A program made the position numbers and the translations under genes. Under the pieces are notes generated by a model, which made no database searches, was not told the DNA's origin, and was given only the letters and a program-made list of their open reading frames with translations. DNA of 64,000 nucleotides from Parcubacteria group bacterium Gr01-1014_20 (GTDB lineage Bacteria > Patescibacteriota > Minisyncoccia > UBA6257 > 2-01-FULL-56-20). Location: contig VMFW01000009.1 of the NCBI GenBank assembly GCA_007376265.1, positions 70,592 through 134,591 on the forward strand, written 5' to 3'. The number at the start of each line of letters is the position of its first letter. The stretch's first letter is position 1. This document shows, in pieces, positions 26,028 through 36,206 of the stretch.

Positions 26028-27186
26028 AGTTTTCCGTGGATTGCTTTCGGTTTTTGATTTCTTCCGGGGAGTTGTAGCTTGGGATCAGTTTTTCGTCCAA
26101 GGAAATTAGAGCGCGGTTGTTTTCGAGTGGTTGGCCATTCAGAATTTTTCGGACACAATAAGCCACGGCGGAACCGTTAAGTAGGGCTGCGCCTCCCAGT
26201 TGCGGCCACGAAACGGTAGTTTTCCCGATTTCTAAAAGAGAATCTTTCATCCCTTGGGTTACATTTTCCGGCCCCACAAGTTTGGTAATCATTTTACCAA
26301 TACCGAATTTGTCTAGGTTATTTAATTCTTCATAACTAACTTTGCCCATGCGCCCGTGGAAAAATTCTTGGTTAGGATCTAAATCGTAACGCTCAATATC
26401 CACTACGCCATTGTCTCCGTTGTCAGCCGCCATCACTACCGCTAATTTACGTTTTTGCGCTTGTTCGCGAATTAGATATTTAACAGCCAAGTTGTCGATC
26501 TCATCTATAATAATGTCTAGTCCATCGAAAAACTTCTCGATATTTTCCTTAGTTAGTCCATCTTTAAAAATCTCAACTTGGGCATAAGGATTAACAGCAT
26601 AGATTTCTCTTGCGGTCATTTCAGCTTTCAAGAGACCTAAATTTTCTACACCAACACGGATGCGATTTGTATTGGATAAGGCTAGCCGATCATGATCTGC
26701 TAGCTTAACACGCTTACCCCCGCCCTGAAGAACAATAGCTAGAGCCACGCTATTTCCCACGCTTAGACCGGCAACACCTATCGTGGAGTTGTAAAATTTT
26801 GACTGCTCTTCTTCGGTGATTAAATTTCTATTCCTGGCTGTCCTAACTTTTTGAAAATCATCTTCCTCTAGAATGTGAACAAGCGTCGAGAGCCAGGGGA
26901 AATAGACCCACCGCCCATGTTGCCATAACAAACTGGGGTTTCCCAGGGACAGAGAATATTGGTCAAACTGACTCTTAAAGCTGGGTTGATAGACTAGTGA
27001 TGGATTGGCGATTTGGAAAAGTTCGAGTTGTTGTTCTTTATAATCATCGACGACTTGGCTGATTACACCTTGATCGATTAACCCAGAAAGAGCGACGACG
27101 TCTTTTTTGTCACTAAGATTAAGGAAAAGCGGCTTCGAATCTGATATATTTTTTGATCTTTCGCTAATAAAGTCTTTAATTTCCAT
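26005..27186 (-). CDS. ThiF/MoeB (E1-like) family protein with an about 130-aa N-terminal extension
   Basis: Rossmann/E1 motif IGVAGLSVGNSVALAIVLQGGGKRVKLADHDRLALSNTNR. 5-nt gap to the upstream gene. Confidence 0.65.
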   Translation of the reverse strand: MEIKDFISERSKNISDSKPLFLNLSDKKDVVALSGLIDQGVISQVVDDYKEQQLELFQIANPSLVYQPSFKSQFDQYSLSLGNPSLLWQHGRWVYFPWLSTLVHILEEDDFQKVRTARNRNLITEEEQSKFYNSTIGVAGLSVGNSVALAIVLQGGGKRVKLADHDRLALSNTNRIRVGVENLGLLKAEMTAREIYAVNPYAQVEIFKDGLTKENIEKFFDGLDIIIDEIDNLAVKYLIREQAQKRKLAVVMAADNGDNGVVDIERYDLDPNQEFFHGRMGKVSYEELNNLDKFGIGKMITKLVGPENVTQGMKDSLLEIGKTTVSWPQLGGAALLNGSAVAYCVRKILNGQPLENNRALISLDEKLIPSYNSPEEIKNRKQSTENFKKIFGL

Positions 27187-27191
27187 AATGA

Positions 27192-28748
27192 TTAATCTCG
27201 AGATATATATTTGGGTTTTAACCCAGGTTTAAAGTACTTTTGGTGTTGGTAGGGCCAAAGCTTAATTCTGGGACGAATATCTTTATCGAGATTATTCCAC
27301 AAAAATAGGTATTCCATGTTGACTTCTTTTAGTCTTTTTATAACATGCTCCCGGATAACCAACGCCAACGTGCGGGTAGGTTTGACCCTAGATTTTAACT
27401 CGATATTGATTTCCAAAAATTCATCCATATTATCTCTGTAGTCTTTACGCATAGTGAACTTTCCAGTTAGTTTTCTTAAGAATGGTTCGTGGTTAAGAGC
27501 AGAGTGAACATGTTCGGGGTAAATGTTGGCCGCGTAAAAAACGATGGTGTGATCGCTTCGTCCCAAAAGACTTACGAATGGCAGTTTCCAGAGAACTTTA
27601 TCGCCACCCGAGGCTTTCAGTTCTGCTCGCCACTTAGGTTCGTAGTCGTCCAGAGCGCTAGACATTTCCTTAAATTTTACGACTTTGCCTCCGTCCTTAA
27701 GATTAAACCTGACAAGCGGTAGTCCGCTTGCGGAAGTGAAGATTAGCTCTCCTTTTACCGATTCGATATGACGCAGGTATGGGTTGAACTGGAAGAGCCC
27801 TGGAGTGTGGACTTTATTAAATAATTGGGTGTTAAGGTGTTTGTTTTTCTCCAGTAAGGTTCTTATCAAAATACTCAACGGAGTTTCATGAGCCATAAGA
27901 AGAAGTTCTGAAGATCCGTAGGTATTAATTATGTTTTTCAGATCACTAGTGAGACCAGCCTCGGATGCAAGGTATTTGCGCCAGGTTTCGTTGAAACCTT
28001 CGCTACAAAACATTAATCTGAGGCGACGACTCGACCATCGAATCCCCTCCTCTTTACCAGTTTCAATAACATCTTTGAGAAAAAATGGGTGACCAATTAG
28101 GACAATCTGCTCATAGTCTCGGTCCAGGTTTTTGACCAACCGCAAAATTTCGTTTTTGTTGTTTCCAACGCTTGCGAGAGTTAGGGGATAATTTTTGCTT
28201 GAAACAAGCCAGCTCGGAAGAAGCGTAGCCACCCCGGAAACATAAACCCCCATCGGAAAACCGACAACGAGCAGGGTTCTATATTTGTTTATTTCGAAAA
28301 GATAACGATATAAAAGCTCGTGGACGACTGCGGCTTCGAGTTCTTGAAAATGTCCGCGGGGCCAAAATTTCGGCTCGCCACTCGTGCCAGAACTTACGGC
28401 TACCAATTTAGCTTGCGCCATTTCCCCATCCCAGGAACGCTTCTCGATGGGATAGAAATTAACGTAGTTTTTCTTATCGGTGAGAGGAACTTGTTTAAAA
28501 TCCTCACTCGTTTTTACCTTTACTGGATTAACTTTGTGCTTCTTTAAAAAGTCTCTATAGGCAGGAACTCGCTTGGAAGCCAGATGGAAAAGTTTTAGGG
28601 CCTTCCTTTCACCAAGTTTTTCCCAAAAACTTTCGTCTTTTGTTTTTAAGAGCCCTTCAAATTTTGTGATATCAAAGGCGTAAAAATCTCTAAGGTGGCT
28701 TTTACCATTAAAATCTAGGTTTTTTAAGATGTGGCGCCCATGGTCCAT
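27192..28748 (-). CDS. adenylate-forming enzyme of the GH3 / PaaK-F390 synthetase (ANL) type
   Basis: P-loop VAVSSGTSGEPKFWP (SSGTSG...K...P pattern of GH3 / phenylacetate-CoA ligase families). 518 aa. Confidence 0.6.
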   Translation of the reverse strand: MDHGRHILKNLDFNGKSHLRDFYAFDITKFEGLLKTKDESFWEKLGERKALKLFHLASKRVPAYRDFLKKHKVNPVKVKTSEDFKQVPLTDKKNYVNFYPIEKRSWDGEMAQAKLVAVSSGTSGEPKFWPRGHFQELEAAVVHELLYRYLFEINKYRTLLVVGFPMGVYVSGVATLLPSWLVSSKNYPLTLASVGNNKNEILRLVKNLDRDYEQIVLIGHPFFLKDVIETGKEEGIRWSSRRLRLMFCSEGFNETWRKYLASEAGLTSDLKNIINTYGSSELLLMAHETPLSILIRTLLEKNKHLNTQLFNKVHTPGLFQFNPYLRHIESVKGELIFTSASGLPLVRFNLKDGGKVVKFKEMSSALDDYEPKWRAELKASGGDKVLWKLPFVSLLGRSDHTIVFYAANIYPEHVHSALNHEPFLRKLTGKFTMRKDYRDNMDEFLEINIELKSRVKPTRTLALVIREHVIKRLKEVNMEYLFLWNNLDKDIRPRIKLWPYQHQKYFKPGLKPKYISRD

Positions 28749-28763
28749 TTTTTTAACCTGAAA

Positions 28764-30323
28764 CTATACCAGGCTGCTTTTTTGGATTACCGTTTCTAGT
28801 TCCTTAAGTTCCTCGGTTAGGGGTCGATCATCGTTTACCGCCCCAGAAACACTTCTAACTAAATCATAGAGTTTGCTGGATTCGTTGGAAAGCTTTTCTT
28901 TTTCTTCATGACAGTCCACGGCTTGAGCCAGGGTGACGAGTTCGATGGTAAGCACCACGTAAGCATTTTCTAAAACCTTGGCGGCGAAGAGGGCGGCGTC
29001 TGTGCCCATACTAACTACATCCTGATTATCGGAGTTGGTAGAAATAGAGTGAATTGAATGAGGGAAGGCTAGCGACTGGCTTTGGGCGGTGGTGGAAGTG
29101 GCTACGAACTGCAAGCCTTGAAGACCCAGGGTGAGTCCTGGTTTTTTTAAATTTAGAAAAGGTGGGAAGGATCTGTTAACTTTGTCGTTTAAGAAAAAGT
29201 TAATCTGACGCTCAAGTAATATGGTTAATTTGACTAGGCTCGCTTTCAGTCCATCTACTGCGGAGGCCACGTAGTCACCATGAAAGTTGCCCCCATGGAT
29301 GAACTTACTATTTTCCCAATCAACTAACGGATTGTCGGTTACGGAGTTGATTTCTATTTCAACCGTGCTCTCGGTTTGTTTCAAAGCCTCCCAGATCGGG
29401 CCTAAAATTTGGGGTAAACACCGGAGCGAGTAAACTTCCTGAACATCGGAAGGGATTTTATAGACATCGTTTTCCTCCTTGATCATCTCTCGAAGTATTT
29501 TGCGATCACGCATCAACTTTGAGGACGCGAGAATCTCTCTCATCTTTCCAGCCACAAAAACCTGGCCTTCGTGGGGGCGAAGTTCGTGAAGTTTTTCGGA
29601 GATACTATCTAAGAAACCGTGGACGAGCTCGAGGGCCAAGGCTCCGGTTCTAATAGATGTGCTCAGAAGTTGATCGGTCTCAGCGCAAATTAGAGCGGTG
29701 ATGCCTGACATAACGGAAGTGCCATTGATTAGGGCGAGACCTTCCTTGGGTTTGAGTTTGATGGGAGTTAGGCCAACCTCCTTAAAAACTTCGGGGGTGG
29801 GACGGGTTTTCCCTTGATACGAAACTTTCCCCTCCCCGATTAGAACGAGGGCAATGTGGGCGAGTTGGGTTAGGTCGCCGCTTGTGCCCACCGCGCCGTG
29901 TTCTGGCACTATCGGTAAAATTCTATGGTTGATGATATTTTTAAAGAGCTCCACCAAGTCCCAGGAAACGCCGGAGTAGCCTTTGACGAGGGTATTTAGG
30001 CGGACAACCATGGAAGAGAGTACGTACTTCTCGGGGATTGGGCTACCGATGCCACAGGCATGACTGCGAACCAAGTTTTCTTGGAGTTCGATGAGATCAT
30101 TTTTACTGATGATGTGGGAGGCCATCGGCCCAAAACCAGTGTTTATGCCATAAACAATCTTATTGTTGGTTTCGAGCTCGCTATTCAAAAAAGCGTGGCA
30201 TTTTAATACGACTTCTTTGGCCGCATCTCCAATTTCCACCTTTGCTTCTGGGTTTTGGGTGAACCAGTTCAGATCTTTGATTTTCAGGCTTTTGCCGTCT
30301 AGGACTAGCTTTTGTTGCTCCAT
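28764..30323 (-). CDS. MIO-dependent aromatic amino acid ammonia-lyase/aminomutase family enzyme (HAL/PAL family; SH selectivity dyad like histidase, TSG instead of ASG at the MIO position)
   Basis: GINTGFGPMA, LVRSHACGIG, GAVGTSGDLTQLAHIALVLIGEG, LINGTS, YSLRC, GGNFHG are all HAL/PAL hallmarks. 519 aa. Confidence 0.75.
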   Translation of the reverse strand: MEQQKLVLDGKSLKIKDLNWFTQNPEAKVEIGDAAKEVVLKCHAFLNSELETNNKIVYGINTGFGPMASHIISKNDLIELQENLVRSHACGIGSPIPEKYVLSSMVVRLNTLVKGYSGVSWDLVELFKNIINHRILPIVPEHGAVGTSGDLTQLAHIALVLIGEGKVSYQGKTRPTPEVFKEVGLTPIKLKPKEGLALINGTSVMSGITALICAETDQLLSTSIRTGALALELVHGFLDSISEKLHELRPHEGQVFVAGKMREILASSKLMRDRKILREMIKEENDVYKIPSDVQEVYSLRCLPQILGPIWEALKQTESTVEIEINSVTDNPLVDWENSKFIHGGNFHGDYVASAVDGLKASLVKLTILLERQINFFLNDKVNRSFPPFLNLKKPGLTLGLQGLQFVATSTTAQSQSLAFPHSIHSISTNSDNQDVVSMGTDAALFAAKVLENAYVVLTIELVTLAQAVDCHEEKEKLSNESSKLYDLVRSVSGAVNDDRPLTEELKELETVIQKSSLV

Positions 30324-30381
30324 TTTATATCGAGTATTATAGCACCCTTGGCTGGATTAGTTAAGTCAAAAATCAAGACAT

Positions 30382-32163
30382 TTATCCCGAAACTACACCT
30401 TTAATCCTTCTTTGACCCGAACCTATCGATTCTTCTTTGGAAATCTTGAAGTGGCCAATGATGCCGGTGTGGTCGACATGAGGCCCTCCGCAGAACTCCT
30501 TACTCCAAGCGGATTTAATGTCTTTACCGACGAAATAAACCTTGACCATATCGGGATATTTTTCCTTGAAAAAGAAGAGGGCGCCGGTTTTTTCGGCTTC
30601 ACCCTTGGACATCTCTTTGAAATTGACCGGCAAATCTTCTTTGATTTTTTCATTCACTAAATCCTCAACTTTTTTGATTTCTTCCGGAATAAGTTTTCTT
30701 GGAAAAGAATAATCGAAGCGGGTGCGCTCGGCGGTGATGTCGGAACCGGTTTGTTTGACTTCCGGGCCTAAAACTTCACGGAGAGCTCTTTGCAATAAAT
30801 GAGTGGCGGTGTGGAGACAGAGAACTTTATTCAACTCCTCCTCGTTCACAGCTTTCAGCTCTCCGGTGTTTAAAATCAGGCCGTGGCCGCCGAACTTTTT
30901 GCCCACGCCGGCACGGGAAATTTCTTGGTGTTTTTTGAACTCTTCGTCGAATTCTTCGCGACTTAACTTTCCAGCTTTTGCGCCGGAAACTTCTTTGATG
31001 GTTTCGTAAGGTAGGCCGAAGCTTTCGTAGAGCCTGAAGGCGGATTTGGTATCAACTTCGGAAATTTTAGCTAGCTCTTTCAAACCAGTCGACAAGGTTT
31101 TTGAAAACTTGGTATTTTCGTCCTCAAACACAGACAAGATGGTTTTAATGTCTAACTTTTTGTAAAAAGCACCATAGTTTTCCACGATTGTTTTAAGAAC
31201 TTTTTCAATTTCCACTTTGGCTTGATAGGCAATGAGGCGGCGCGTTAGGCGGCGCAATATGTATCCAGCTTCCTTATTGGATGGCCTAACCCCATCCGAA
31301 ATCAAAAAACAAACTGCTCGGGAGTGGTCCGCAAAAACCCTTTTGGTTTTTTCATCCATTTCCTCCGGCAAGATTTTGAAAACCGGAGTGAACAAATCGG
31401 TTTCGAAAATGCTGGATTTTTGCTGGATAATCATAGCTAGCCGCTCAAAACCCATACCGGTGTCGACGCCTTTTTGTTTAAGAGGTTCCAGCTTCTTTCC
31501 TGAAGTACCGGCTAACAGCTCTTCGCGTGAGCCTGGGAAGAAAAACTCGTTGAAGACTAAATTCCATATCTCAACATCTTCACCCTTTACGTTTTTGCAG
31601 TAGATTTCGGTCGTAGGGCCACAGGGACCAGATGTGCCGGTTGGACCCCAAAAAACATCGTGCATCCCCTCCTCTCGAATGTCGGTGACGCCAAGATCTT
31701 TCCAGATTCCCGCGGATTCTTCGTCTCTCGGAACTTCGCTCGAACCCTTTCCGCCGGAGGCGGATCCGCCTTCGGGGGAAAAGATAGTGACGTAGGAAAT
31801 CGGAAAATTAAGTTCCTTAGTAATAAATTCGTGGGCGTATCCTATGGCTTCTTTTTTGAAGTACCCACTGAAGGAAAAGTTGCCTAACATTTCGAAAAAG
31901 GTGAGGTGGGTTTCGTCGCCGACTTCATCGATATCAGAGGTACGGAAGGATTTTTGGATGGAAGTAGTGTTTTTCGAACCAAAATCCTTAACCGGATCAG
32001 CTTCGCCAGTGTAGTATTTTTTGAACTGTTGCATACCCGCGGTTGTCAAAAGCACCGAGGGGTCGGTGGGGATGAGAGAAGAAGAAGGCACAACAACGTG
32101 GCCGTTCTTTTTAAAGTAGTCGAGGAATTTTTGACGGATTTCGGATGATGACAGATGACTCAT
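30382..32163 (-). CDS. alaS: alanyl-tRNA synthetase, short form (catalytic + editing domains, no C-Ala domain)
   Basis: N-terminus SEIRQKFLDYFKKNGHVVVPSSSLIP and FTNAGM-like TTAGMQQFK. Editing-domain zinc motif HTATHLL ... CGGPHV. Only 593 aa. Confidence 0.8.
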   Translation of the reverse strand: MSHLSSSEIRQKFLDYFKKNGHVVVPSSSLIPTDPSVLLTTAGMQQFKKYYTGEADPVKDFGSKNTTSIQKSFRTSDIDEVGDETHLTFFEMLGNFSFSGYFKKEAIGYAHEFITKELNFPISYVTIFSPEGGSASGGKGSSEVPRDEESAGIWKDLGVTDIREEGMHDVFWGPTGTSGPCGPTTEIYCKNVKGEDVEIWNLVFNEFFFPGSREELLAGTSGKKLEPLKQKGVDTGMGFERLAMIIQQKSSIFETDLFTPVFKILPEEMDEKTKRVFADHSRAVCFLISDGVRPSNKEAGYILRRLTRRLIAYQAKVEIEKVLKTIVENYGAFYKKLDIKTILSVFEDENTKFSKTLSTGLKELAKISEVDTKSAFRLYESFGLPYETIKEVSGAKAGKLSREEFDEEFKKHQEISRAGVGKKFGGHGLILNTGELKAVNEEELNKVLCLHTATHLLQRALREVLGPEVKQTGSDITAERTRFDYSFPRKLIPEEIKKVEDLVNEKIKEDLPVNFKEMSKGEAEKTGALFFFKEKYPDMVKVYFVGKDIKSAWSKEFCGGPHVDHTGIIGHFKISKEESIGSGQRRIKGVVSG

Positions 32164-32202
32164 GACTAATAACTTATAGTGCTAATCGACTAAAAACCAA
32201 CA

Positions 32203-33486
32203 CTAACCAAGCTCGTCGAAATTTTTGAGTTGGTCGGATTTGTGGTGCTCGCGGATTTTTTCGAGGGCTTTGGACTCGATCTGGCGGATACGTTCGCGAG
32301 TGACACCAAAAACTTTGCCGACTTCTTCGAGGGTGTGGGAGACGCCATCTTCTAGTCCAAAACGCATCTTGAGGATCTTTTGTTCCCGCTCGCTTAAATC
32401 AACCAAAATCTCCTTAATGAGATCGCGGAGTAAGGACTGGGTGACGAGCTGACTCGGGGAGGCGTTTTTATCGTCCGGAATGAAGTCGGAGAGGGTGGAA
32501 TCTTCTTCTTCCCCAACGGGTGATTCAATAGAGAGGACCTCTTGGGAAATTTTCTGGATGTGGCGGATTTTTTCAATATCAATGCCCATTTCGGCGGCAA
32601 TTTCTTCGGCCAGCGGATCACGGCCGAGCTCTTGGATCAACTGACGACGAACCTGGGTGTATTTGGAGATGGTTTCAACCATGTGGACCGGAATACGGAT
32701 AGTGCGGGACTGATCGGCCAAGGCTCTCGTGATGGCTTGCCTGATCCACCAGGTGGCGTAGGTCGAGAATTTAAAACCCCGGCGATAGTCGAATTTTTCT
32801 ACGGCCCGGGAGAGGCCTAGATTCCCTTCCTGGATAAGATCGAGGATGCTTAGGTGGGGCGTGCGGTTGACGTAGCGTTTAGCGATTGAAACGACCAACC
32901 TTAAATTAGCTTTCATAAGCTTTTGGCGCGCTTCCTCGTCCCCTTTTTCATTGCGCTTGGCTAAATCTTTTTCTTCATCCTTGGTTAGAAGTGGAGTTTT
33001 TCCGATTTCCTTCAGGTACATCTGGACCGCATCGGGGACATCGGTTTCAAATTCGGAGAATTTCTTGAGCTCGGCGGCTTTCGGTTCATCCTTTCCAACA
33101 TCAAGAAGAGCGCTAGTTTCAATGACTTTGATGCCAGCTTTTTCCAGGCGTTCGTAAATTTCTTCTAGAAAAGTAAGATCTTCCTCGATTTTGGGGAAGT
33201 AGTAGAGAATTTCGTTGTCGGTTACAAAACCCCTCGGCCTGCCGGATTCAACGAGCTCCTTAAGCGATTCTTCGTTAAGCTGGCGGCCTTTGGCGCCTTT
33301 TGGCAACCGGCCGAGCTTTACTTCTTTTTTTGATTTGGTCGGTTTCCCCTTTTTGGCTTTCTTAGCCTTTTTAAACTTAAGCTGACCTTGGCGTTTAAGC
33401 GGTTTTTTTAGTTTCTTTTTTTTCTTTACGGGTTTTTTCGCTTTTCTTTTTTGCGATTTAGGTTTTTTCTTTTTGCTTTTTTTCAT
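32203..33486 (-). CDS. rpoD: RNA polymerase sigma-70 factor RpoD with a Lys-rich N-terminal tail
   Basis: Region 2 [39 protein letters not shown]; region 4 [28 protein letters not shown]. First about 70 aa are about 60% Lys/Arg ([25 protein letters not shown]...). Confidence 0.85.
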   Translation of the reverse strand: MKKSKKKKPKSQKRKAKKPVKKKKKLKKPLKRQGQLKFKKAKKAKKGKPTKSKKEVKLGRLPKGAKGRQLNEESLKELVESGRPRGFVTDNEILYYFPKIEEDLTFLEEIYERLEKAGIKVIETSALLDVGKDEPKAAELKKFSEFETDVPDAVQMYLKEIGKTPLLTKDEEKDLAKRNEKGDEEARQKLMKANLRLVVSIAKRYVNRTPHLSILDLIQEGNLGLSRAVEKFDYRRGFKFSTYATWWIRQAITRALADQSRTIRIPVHMVETISKYTQVRRQLIQELGRDPLAEEIAAEMGIDIEKIRHIQKISQEVLSIESPVGEEEDSTLSDFIPDDKNASPSQLVTQSLLRDLIKEILVDLSEREQKILKMRFGLEDGVSHTLEEVGKVFGVTRERIRQIESKALEKIREHHKSDQLKNFDELG

Positions 33487-33489
33487 TTT

Positions 33490-35196
33490 TTAACTTAGAC
33501 GATTTAAATTGTGAAATTCCTCTAGGGCAGAATTAAGCTCAGTCTCGTTTTTGTTGGCTTCGGCTTTTTTTACCTTGAGCGAGATCTCTTGGCGACGCTC
33601 TTTGAGGTGTTCCTTAGCAAGATGGATTTCGAGATCTTCGACTTCTTTTGGGCCTAGGGTTTCAGATCGCAGAAGGATGAGGTTTAAAAGCTTATCGACA
33701 TTAGGATCGCCGCTCTTTCGGACTCCGCTTTTTATGAGTTCGAAAATTTTTTTATAGGGGGGAGTGAGACGGAAAAGGTTTCTTTCAACTAATTCAAAAT
33801 TGTTTTTTTCGAGAGCCGCAGAGATTAGCCTCTCACAGATCATGTCGTAACGAGAAAGTTTCCTGGCGTCAGCCAGGTGGACTTCTTCAGTTTTGCTCGC
33901 ATACTGGGTTTCGCTTTTTTGGGGAACCAGCTTATCGGTTTCTTCCGTTAGAATTCTTTCGCTTACGCCGGTACGCCTGGAAAGCTCTTTTAGCCAAGAG
34001 CTTTTTGAAACTGGGCTGGATATAGCCCTTATTTTAGCAAGGACAACGCGTAGTCCTTTCAAGTTTTCTCGGTTGCCGTAATCTGCGTTGGTTTTGGGCA
34101 GATACCTTTCGAAATAAAATTCGGTAGCAGGCTTGGCTTCACCGAGAGCCTTAATTAAATCTTGAGGATTCTTAGCGGCAGCTTCGGCCGCATCCTTATA
34201 GTCCTTAAAGAGGACAACCTTTACATTATAGTCAAGAGACTCGGCAAGATCAATGGCCCGCTCACCGGCGTTCAGACCGGCCTCGTCGTTGTCAAAAGTA
34301 AGAATAATCTCATCGGTGAGCCTCTTTAGGGCCTGGAGATGGTCGGGAGTAAGAGCAGTGCCAGAAGAGGCCACCACATTTTTAACGCCGGACTGCCAAC
34401 TCATTAGGAAGTCAGTTTGGCCTTCCATCAGGAAAACTCGTTTTTCTTCTCGGATGAAGTCTTTGCTTTTATAAAAACCATAGAGCAACTTGGACTTATT
34501 AAAAATTGGCGTTTCGGGACTGTTTACATACTTACCAACGTTACCAGGATCAAATTCGGCTAAGATTCGGCCAGTGAAACCGACGGTCTTGCCTAGATTG
34601 TTTTTTATCGGAAACATGATCCGGCCACGAAAACGGTCAAACTGGCCGCCCCGGTCACTTTTGATGGCGAGGCCAGCACGAACGATATCTTCCGGGCTGT
34701 GGCCGGAATTAATGAAATAAAGATTTAGCGAGTCGGGAAGATTGGGGGCAAAGCCAAGTTCAAATTCCTCGATGGTTTCGGGTTTTAGACCACGACTTTT
34801 CAGATAATTTTTCGCTAGCTCGGAACTTGCTAGCTCCTTCTTATAAAATTCTTTCGCAGCTTCATTTAGATCATATAGAAGACCAAAAAATTTGTAGTCG
34901 GCGGGGCTCACTTTTCTTAATTCAACTCCGGCTTTTTCAGCGAGAACCTTGAGCGCTTCGGCAAACTCAAGATTTTCATATTTCATAAGGAAGGTGAAGA
35001 CATCCCCTCCGAGCCCGCAACCAAAACAGTGCCAACTTTGTCTTTCGGGCGAAATCATGAAGGACGGACTTTTTTCCTTATGAAAGGGACAGAGGCCTTT
35101 AAAGTTCTTGCCGGAGGGTTGAACCGTGAGATACCCCTTTAAAAACTCGGCGATGTCGAGTTTCTCTTTAATTTGTTCTACGGGGGTTCCAGCCAT
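33490..35196 (-). CDS. dnaG: DNA primase
   Basis: Zinc ribbon CPFHKEKSPSFMISPERQSWHCFGCG; TOPRIM EGQTDFLMSWQSG. Classic dnaG-rpoD arrangement. Confidence 0.85.
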   Translation of the reverse strand: MAGTPVEQIKEKLDIAEFLKGYLTVQPSGKNFKGLCPFHKEKSPSFMISPERQSWHCFGCGLGGDVFTFLMKYENLEFAEALKVLAEKAGVELRKVSPADYKFFGLLYDLNEAAKEFYKKELASSELAKNYLKSRGLKPETIEEFELGFAPNLPDSLNLYFINSGHSPEDIVRAGLAIKSDRGGQFDRFRGRIMFPIKNNLGKTVGFTGRILAEFDPGNVGKYVNSPETPIFNKSKLLYGFYKSKDFIREEKRVFLMEGQTDFLMSWQSGVKNVVASSGTALTPDHLQALKRLTDEIILTFDNDEAGLNAGERAIDLAESLDYNVKVVLFKDYKDAAEAAAKNPQDLIKALGEAKPATEFYFERYLPKTNADYGNRENLKGLRVVLAKIRAISSPVSKSSWLKELSRRTGVSERILTEETDKLVPQKSETQYASKTEEVHLADARKLSRYDMICERLISAALEKNNFELVERNLFRLTPPYKKIFELIKSGVRKSGDPNVDKLLNLILLRSETLGPKEVEDLEIHLAKEHLKERRQEISLKVKKAEANKNETELNSALEEFHNLNRLS

Positions 35197-35249
35197 GCTT
35201 TCAGCTGATTTTAGGCTGAATGGAGTAGATTAAGCAAGCCGAGCTGTTT

Positions 35250-35987
35250 CTATTCTGGGAATATGCCGCCAATTAGCCAAATGATGACTATCCCAAGAAA
35301 GATGCTCAAGAGATGGCCAATGTCTAGGTTTTTCTTGGTGTGTTTCAACTCTGGCAGAAGATCGGAAACAGCGATGTAAATGAAGGTTCCGGCCGCAAAA
35401 GCTAGGAGGTAGCCAACGAGGGGGGAAATCACGGGCAAAAGGAGGTATCCAATGACGGCGCCAAGTGGGGCGGTGAGGGCGGTTAAGACATTGTAGTAGA
35501 TTATTTTTTTGCGAGAATATCCGGCGTGAAGCAAAATTCCAAAATCGCCAATTTCCTGGGGAACCTCATGGAAGAAGACGGCGATGGCCGAGGCGAGACC
35601 AAGTTCGGTCGAGACACTAAAGCTTAGAGCGATGATGATGCCGTCGATAAAATTGTGGAGCGCATCGCCAAAAAGAACTGTGCCGGTGAGCGCGTGGTAG
35701 TCGGAAGGTTCTTCGTCGTGACGGTGGTACCAATTAAGGAATTTTTCAAGTATGAAAAGAGTAATGATGCCGAAAATGATAAGGGGTGAGATAGTCTCGA
35801 AGCTAAGGTCGTGAACTGCTTCAGGGATAAGCTCCAGAAAGGCGGCGCCGATCAAGCTCCCAGCAGCGAAGCTGACTAAAGTTAATGAAAACTTTCTAGC
35901 TACATCTTCTCGCCAAAGTAAAATCAAACCACCGGCCAGCGAGAAGATTCCGCCGATAACACTTGCAATCAGGATTTGGGTAAACAT
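35250..35987 (-). CDS. zupT: ZIP-family metal (zinc) transporter
   Basis: HNFIDGIIIALSF and FFHEVPQEIGDFGIL motifs of ZIP/ZupT. Confidence 0.75.
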   Translation of the reverse strand: MFTQILIASVIGGIFSLAGGLILLWREDVARKFSLTLVSFAAGSLIGAAFLELIPEAVHDLSFETISPLIIFGIITLFILEKFLNWYHRHDEEPSDYHALTGTVLFGDALHNFIDGIIIALSFSVSTELGLASAIAVFFHEVPQEIGDFGILLHAGYSRKKIIYYNVLTALTAPLGAVIGYLLLPVISPLVGYLLAFAAGTFIYIAVSDLLPELKHTKKNLDIGHLLSIFLGIVIIWLIGGIFPE

Positions 35988-36080
35988 ATATATTGGATGA
36001 TAAGCTAAAAAAAAGTTTTAGTAAAATTGTGGCTAGCGCGATTGAAATAAAAATGGTCAAATGATAAATTGATGGGGCAC

Positions 36081-36151
36081 GCGGGTGTAGTACAGTGGCA
36101 GTACACGACCTTCCCAAGGTTGAAGCGAGGGTTCGATTCCCTTCACCCGCT
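36081..36151 (+). tRNA. tRNA-Gly(CCC)
   Basis: GCGGGTG-TA-GTAC-AGTGGCA-GTAC-A-CGACC-TTCCCAA-GGTTG-AAGC-GAGGG-TTCGATT-CCCTT-CACCCGC-T. Anticodon CCC. CCA not encoded. Confidence 0.75.
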
Positions 36152-36160
36152 CAAGTCAAT

Positions 36161-36188
36161 AAAAAACCGCCACGATGTGACGGTTTTT
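36161..36188. terminator. bidirectional terminator hairpin between tRNA-Gly and the convergent 36207 gene
   Basis: aaaaaaccg-ccacgatgtga-cggttttt: stem flanked by an A-run and a T-run. Confidence 0.55.
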
Positions 36189-36206
36189 GGCAGAGTGGAT
36201 TCTTTT

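Noticed and set aside
24752-27186. Interpretation of the E1-like + nitroreductase-fold pair as a TOMM (thiazole/oxazole RiPP) synthetase
   Set aside because: No YcaO cyclodehydratase and no obvious Cys/Ser/Thr-rich precursor peptide nearby; kept only as a loose analogy.
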